The notes under the pieces were generated by a model. That model searched no databases and was not told the DNA's origin. It worked only from the letters and a program-made list of their open reading frames with translations. Of a DNA stretch of 64,000 nucleotides, positions 61,015 to 64,000 are shown one piece after another; the stretch's first letter is position 1; every line of letters begins with the position of its first letter. The stretch comes from Mizuhopecten yessoensis. Lineage: Eukaryota. The position numbers were made by a program, and so were the translations under genes. The stretch covers positions 243,508 through 307,507 of the forward strand of contig NW_018408148.1 of the NCBI RefSeq assembly GCF_002113885.1. Direction: 5' to 3'.

Positions 61015-62197
61015 CATTTTCTCAAGAATTGAAAATTGTGTCAATTTTCAAAGAAAACAATTAACAAATTCATTGATGCATTTTAAAACTTTTGATGAAT
61101 AGATGCATTGTTGACACTTCATTTATTTTAATAAATCAAGAAAAAAAAATTGAAGGACATGTGTCATGATTTTAGGAAAATATAGCTCAACTTCTCAAAG
61201 AGAAAAAGGCTGAAATGTGTTGCCCTGAATAAACAGCAAATGTCACTGTTCCCTTGTAGTGTAGTCGGATTGTAGCGACACTTTTTACATTAGAAATTAC
61301 TTACCTTAAGTTGATTCTCAAATCTGACTATTTGCTCTTTAGAAGTAGTTTTTCATATTTTCTGTCATTTATAATTCATTTGAATAGATGGTTTGGTTAC
61401 AGTTTTTATTCAAACCTATTTAAATGTACAGTTGATTAACAGAATATATTTTGAAGATTTATCGTAGATATATTTGATTTGATTTATTGATTTCGCCATT
61501 TCCGTTGATAAGCTAACCCACTAAATTTTGAGCTAGCAGCATGCCTTTCTGTACATAGTAAACACTTATCAATTTTCAGCCTTGATCTTAATTTACGTTA
61601 TTTTTTTTTATTTGTGTGAGATATTTGACTTCAAGGTCATTTCTCTTCACAAATGAACAAAGAAATATTTATCTAATAAACAAAAAAGGTTTAACAATAG
61701 TTATTCAGAATAATTGTTCTGAATAAGTGTGTTGGCTGTCTTTTGAAATATTGACTGTTTAGATTTCAAAAATTAACACTTTTACTTTTGTTACAGGGTT
61801 TTGTTACATTTGTAGTTATTTTGATGTACAATAATTCTGTTACTTTTTTTCAGCATGTATATATTTCAGATGTTTTAATTTAACTGACAGAATGTTTCTC
61901 ATTGATTTAGTACAATTAAGTTTAATATTTTATAATTGGTTAAAATAATATGTTAATATTTTGATTGTGAAATTGACTGTTGCAATGTGTATCTTATTTT
62001 CAAGATTTAAGACTACACCATCATTTCCAAAGTTATGAAATAGAATTTCATAAACCCCTCATTTTGTGAAATAATTGATAAATTTGGCTGATACTTTTCA
62101 CTCCCTACAGAAAAAGAAATTCATTTCACTAAAATATTCCATTCTCTGTAGAAAAGAATAACTTACTGATTTAGTTGTTACTTTTCACTCCCCACAG

Positions 62198-62464
62198 AAA
62201 TACCACTCAAGATTGTCAAGCCTCTGACTGACACAGAAATCTTTGAAAAGGAGGAAATGACCTTCACCTGTGAGTTGAACAAGGTCAATGTCAAGGCAAC
62301 TTGGTACAAGGATGGAGTAGAAATAGTTCCATCTGACCATATACATGTGACTGTGAAAGAAATGGTTCACACATTGAAGATCACCGATGCCAAATTAGAC
62401 GACAGTGCCATCTACCTTTGCCAGTTTGCAGACAAGAAGTCTACAGCTACACTTACCGTCAAAG
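62198..62464 (+). CDS. 267-nt Ig exon (IPLKIVKPLTD...)
   Basis: cacag / gtagga. Confidence 0.9.
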
Positions 62465-62688
62465 GTAGGAAAATATAACAGGATTCAGTGTTTTTAAAAG
62501 AACAGATTTCAAATATTGGTCTTTAAAATAAAATAAAAAATAATCATGAATTAATTTCCTGTCTGTTAAATTTCTTCCCGTAGTTTATCAAGTCTCTCAG
62601 TGATATTGAAGCTTTGTACAAAGTTTTACCTTGCAAACCAGATGAACTTGTCATGGATTCTGATCTGTAAAACTCTTGACATTTGTAG

Positions 62689-62955
62689 AAGAGCCCCTGC
62701 AGTTTATCAAGCCTCTGGGTGATGTTGAGGTTATGGAGGGTAAGACCGCTGTACTGGAGTGTATCGTGTCTCGACCCAATGTTAAGTCCAGCTGGATTTG
62801 TGAGGGCAAAACATTGACCAAGAGTGACCGAATCAAGATGACCAGTCATGACAACATCCACACACTGACCATCACAGCTGCTGAACTGGACGATGAGGCA
62901 GAATATACGATTAATGTCATGGATACTCTTTCTACTGGGGCTATCTTTGTAGAAG
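62689..62955 (+). CDS. 267-nt Ig exon (EPLQFIKPLGD...)
   Basis: tgtag / gtacac. Confidence 0.9.
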
Positions 62956-63280
62956 GTACACATTTGTCATCAATATCTATAACAACAATTGTATACTATT
63001 GAGAAATTGTAATTAAATATTACTAAATATTTATGTCCTTAGCAATTCTTATATTCATTAAGATGTAAATATCTTTGATTACAGAACAAAGTTAAAAATC
63101 ATTTCCATCACCTTTCCATCAAATCAAAGCTGTACCCCTGGATATCATTCATGCAAAGTCTTTGTAATCTTAAAAGTGATTTATTTAGAACTTTTCTGTT
63201 TCAATTATCAGCAGAAATTACTTTTTTTTTAAAATGGAAACAGACATCTCTATAAAAGAGGTTTCTTGTACATATGTACG

Positions 63281-63469
63281 TATTCCGTCTTTGCGTCTTG
63301 CAGAGTTATCTTCTCTTGGAGCAGGTATTGATTGTTACGTTACTTGTTTGTGAAAGTAACGTCATCAATTTTTGAGAAAATGACGTAATTTTCTCATACA
63401 GACCAATGACGTAACAATCAATACCTGCTCCCAAGAGAAGATAACTCTGCAATACGCAAAGACGAAATA
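63281..63469. mobile_element. Foldback MITE with long inverted arms
   Basis: cgtctttgcgt..gcagagttatcttctcttggagcaggtattgattgttacgt is mirrored by acgtaacaatcaatacctgctcccaagagaagataactctgc..acgcaaagacg. Confidence 0.8.
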
Positions 63470-63532
63470 AGAAATAAATAAATAAAAAAGTCAATAAAAG
63501 AAATTTAAAATTAAAATTTTCTATACCCACAG

Positions 63533-63802
63533 AAGAGGCAGTCGACTATGTCCGTAAGTTGGAGAACCTGGAAGTGCACACCATCCCATCTTCTGCGACC
63601 TTTGAGGCAGAGGTCACCAAGGCTGATCTTGTCAGCAAATGGTTCCGTGACGGTAAACCTCTCGCTGAATCAGACAAATACAAGATGGAGGTCGTAGGCA
63701 CTGTGCACCGACTGACCATCAATGATATTGATGGCGAGGATGAGGCGGACTACAAGGTGGTCGTCAGGGGCAAGAAATCGGAGGCAGAACTCATTGTTGA
63801 AG
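63533..63802 (+). CDS. 270-nt Ig exon (EAVDYVRKLENLEV...LIVE)
   Basis: cacag / gtacat. Confidence 0.9.
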
Positions 63803-64000
63803 GTACATATCTGAAGTATAACGTTTTTTATTTCAAGGTTATCTGGATTTTACAGTTTGAATATTGTTGGATAATGAGGATAATAAGTTCAGACATTCTG
63901 TACTCAAATTAATAATTTGTCTAGTTATACTATGATTCTATTTACATGTGAAGCAAAAACATTAATGATATATGGTACCTTACACTAATATGTATCTCCA

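Larger units (their letters stand above)
3..63802 (+). other. Titin/connectin-like giant Ig-domain muscle protein locus (partial at both ends; possibly two transcription units split at the 13.6-kb intron)
   Basis: About 60 AG/GT-bounded exons with compatible phases; repeated I-set signatures (PxF..L, C/F.V.G.P.P.V.W.K, L.I, D.G.Y.(C/V).A.N..G); acidic and PEVK-like linkers. Confidence 0.9.

Noticed and set aside
1-64000. Assigning a gene symbol (twitchin/unc-22, sls, TTN, OBSCN, MYLK)
   Set aside because: No Fn3, kinase or RhoGEF domain in the window; orthology needs a database search and flanking sequence

Overview
AT-rich eukaryotic (metazoan) genomic DNA, probably a bivalve mollusc (inferred from SINE/MITE types; not verifiable here). 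The window is an internal part of a + strand multi-exon locus encoding a giant titin/connectin-type muscle protein of I-set Ig domains and low-complexity linkers. About 60 GT-AG exons can be joined in frame. No Fn3 or kinase domain is visible, so orthology (titin-like, kettin/sallimus, twitchin, obscurin) is unresolved. Layout: an Ig domain (1-720); 12 mini-exons each encoding one MLCK-type D(F/Y)RxxL actin-binding-like repeat (1218-7482), most with TGCATG (Rbfox) sites just upstream; a 2.1-kb tandem duplication whose second copy lost a splice donor; a 535-aa acidic exon with an FFAT-like motif; Ig exons; a 13.6-kb intron with a candidate alternative 3' end and alternative first exon; split-exon Ig domains; a linker with an RRSS PKA-type site whose donor is amplified 15 times; then symmetric 267/270-nt one-Ig-per-exon cassettes with divergent candidate alternative exons. 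The most notable system is the apparently splicing-tunable actin-binding repeat array. All exon calls come from manual reading of splice sites and frame, without transcript evidence.
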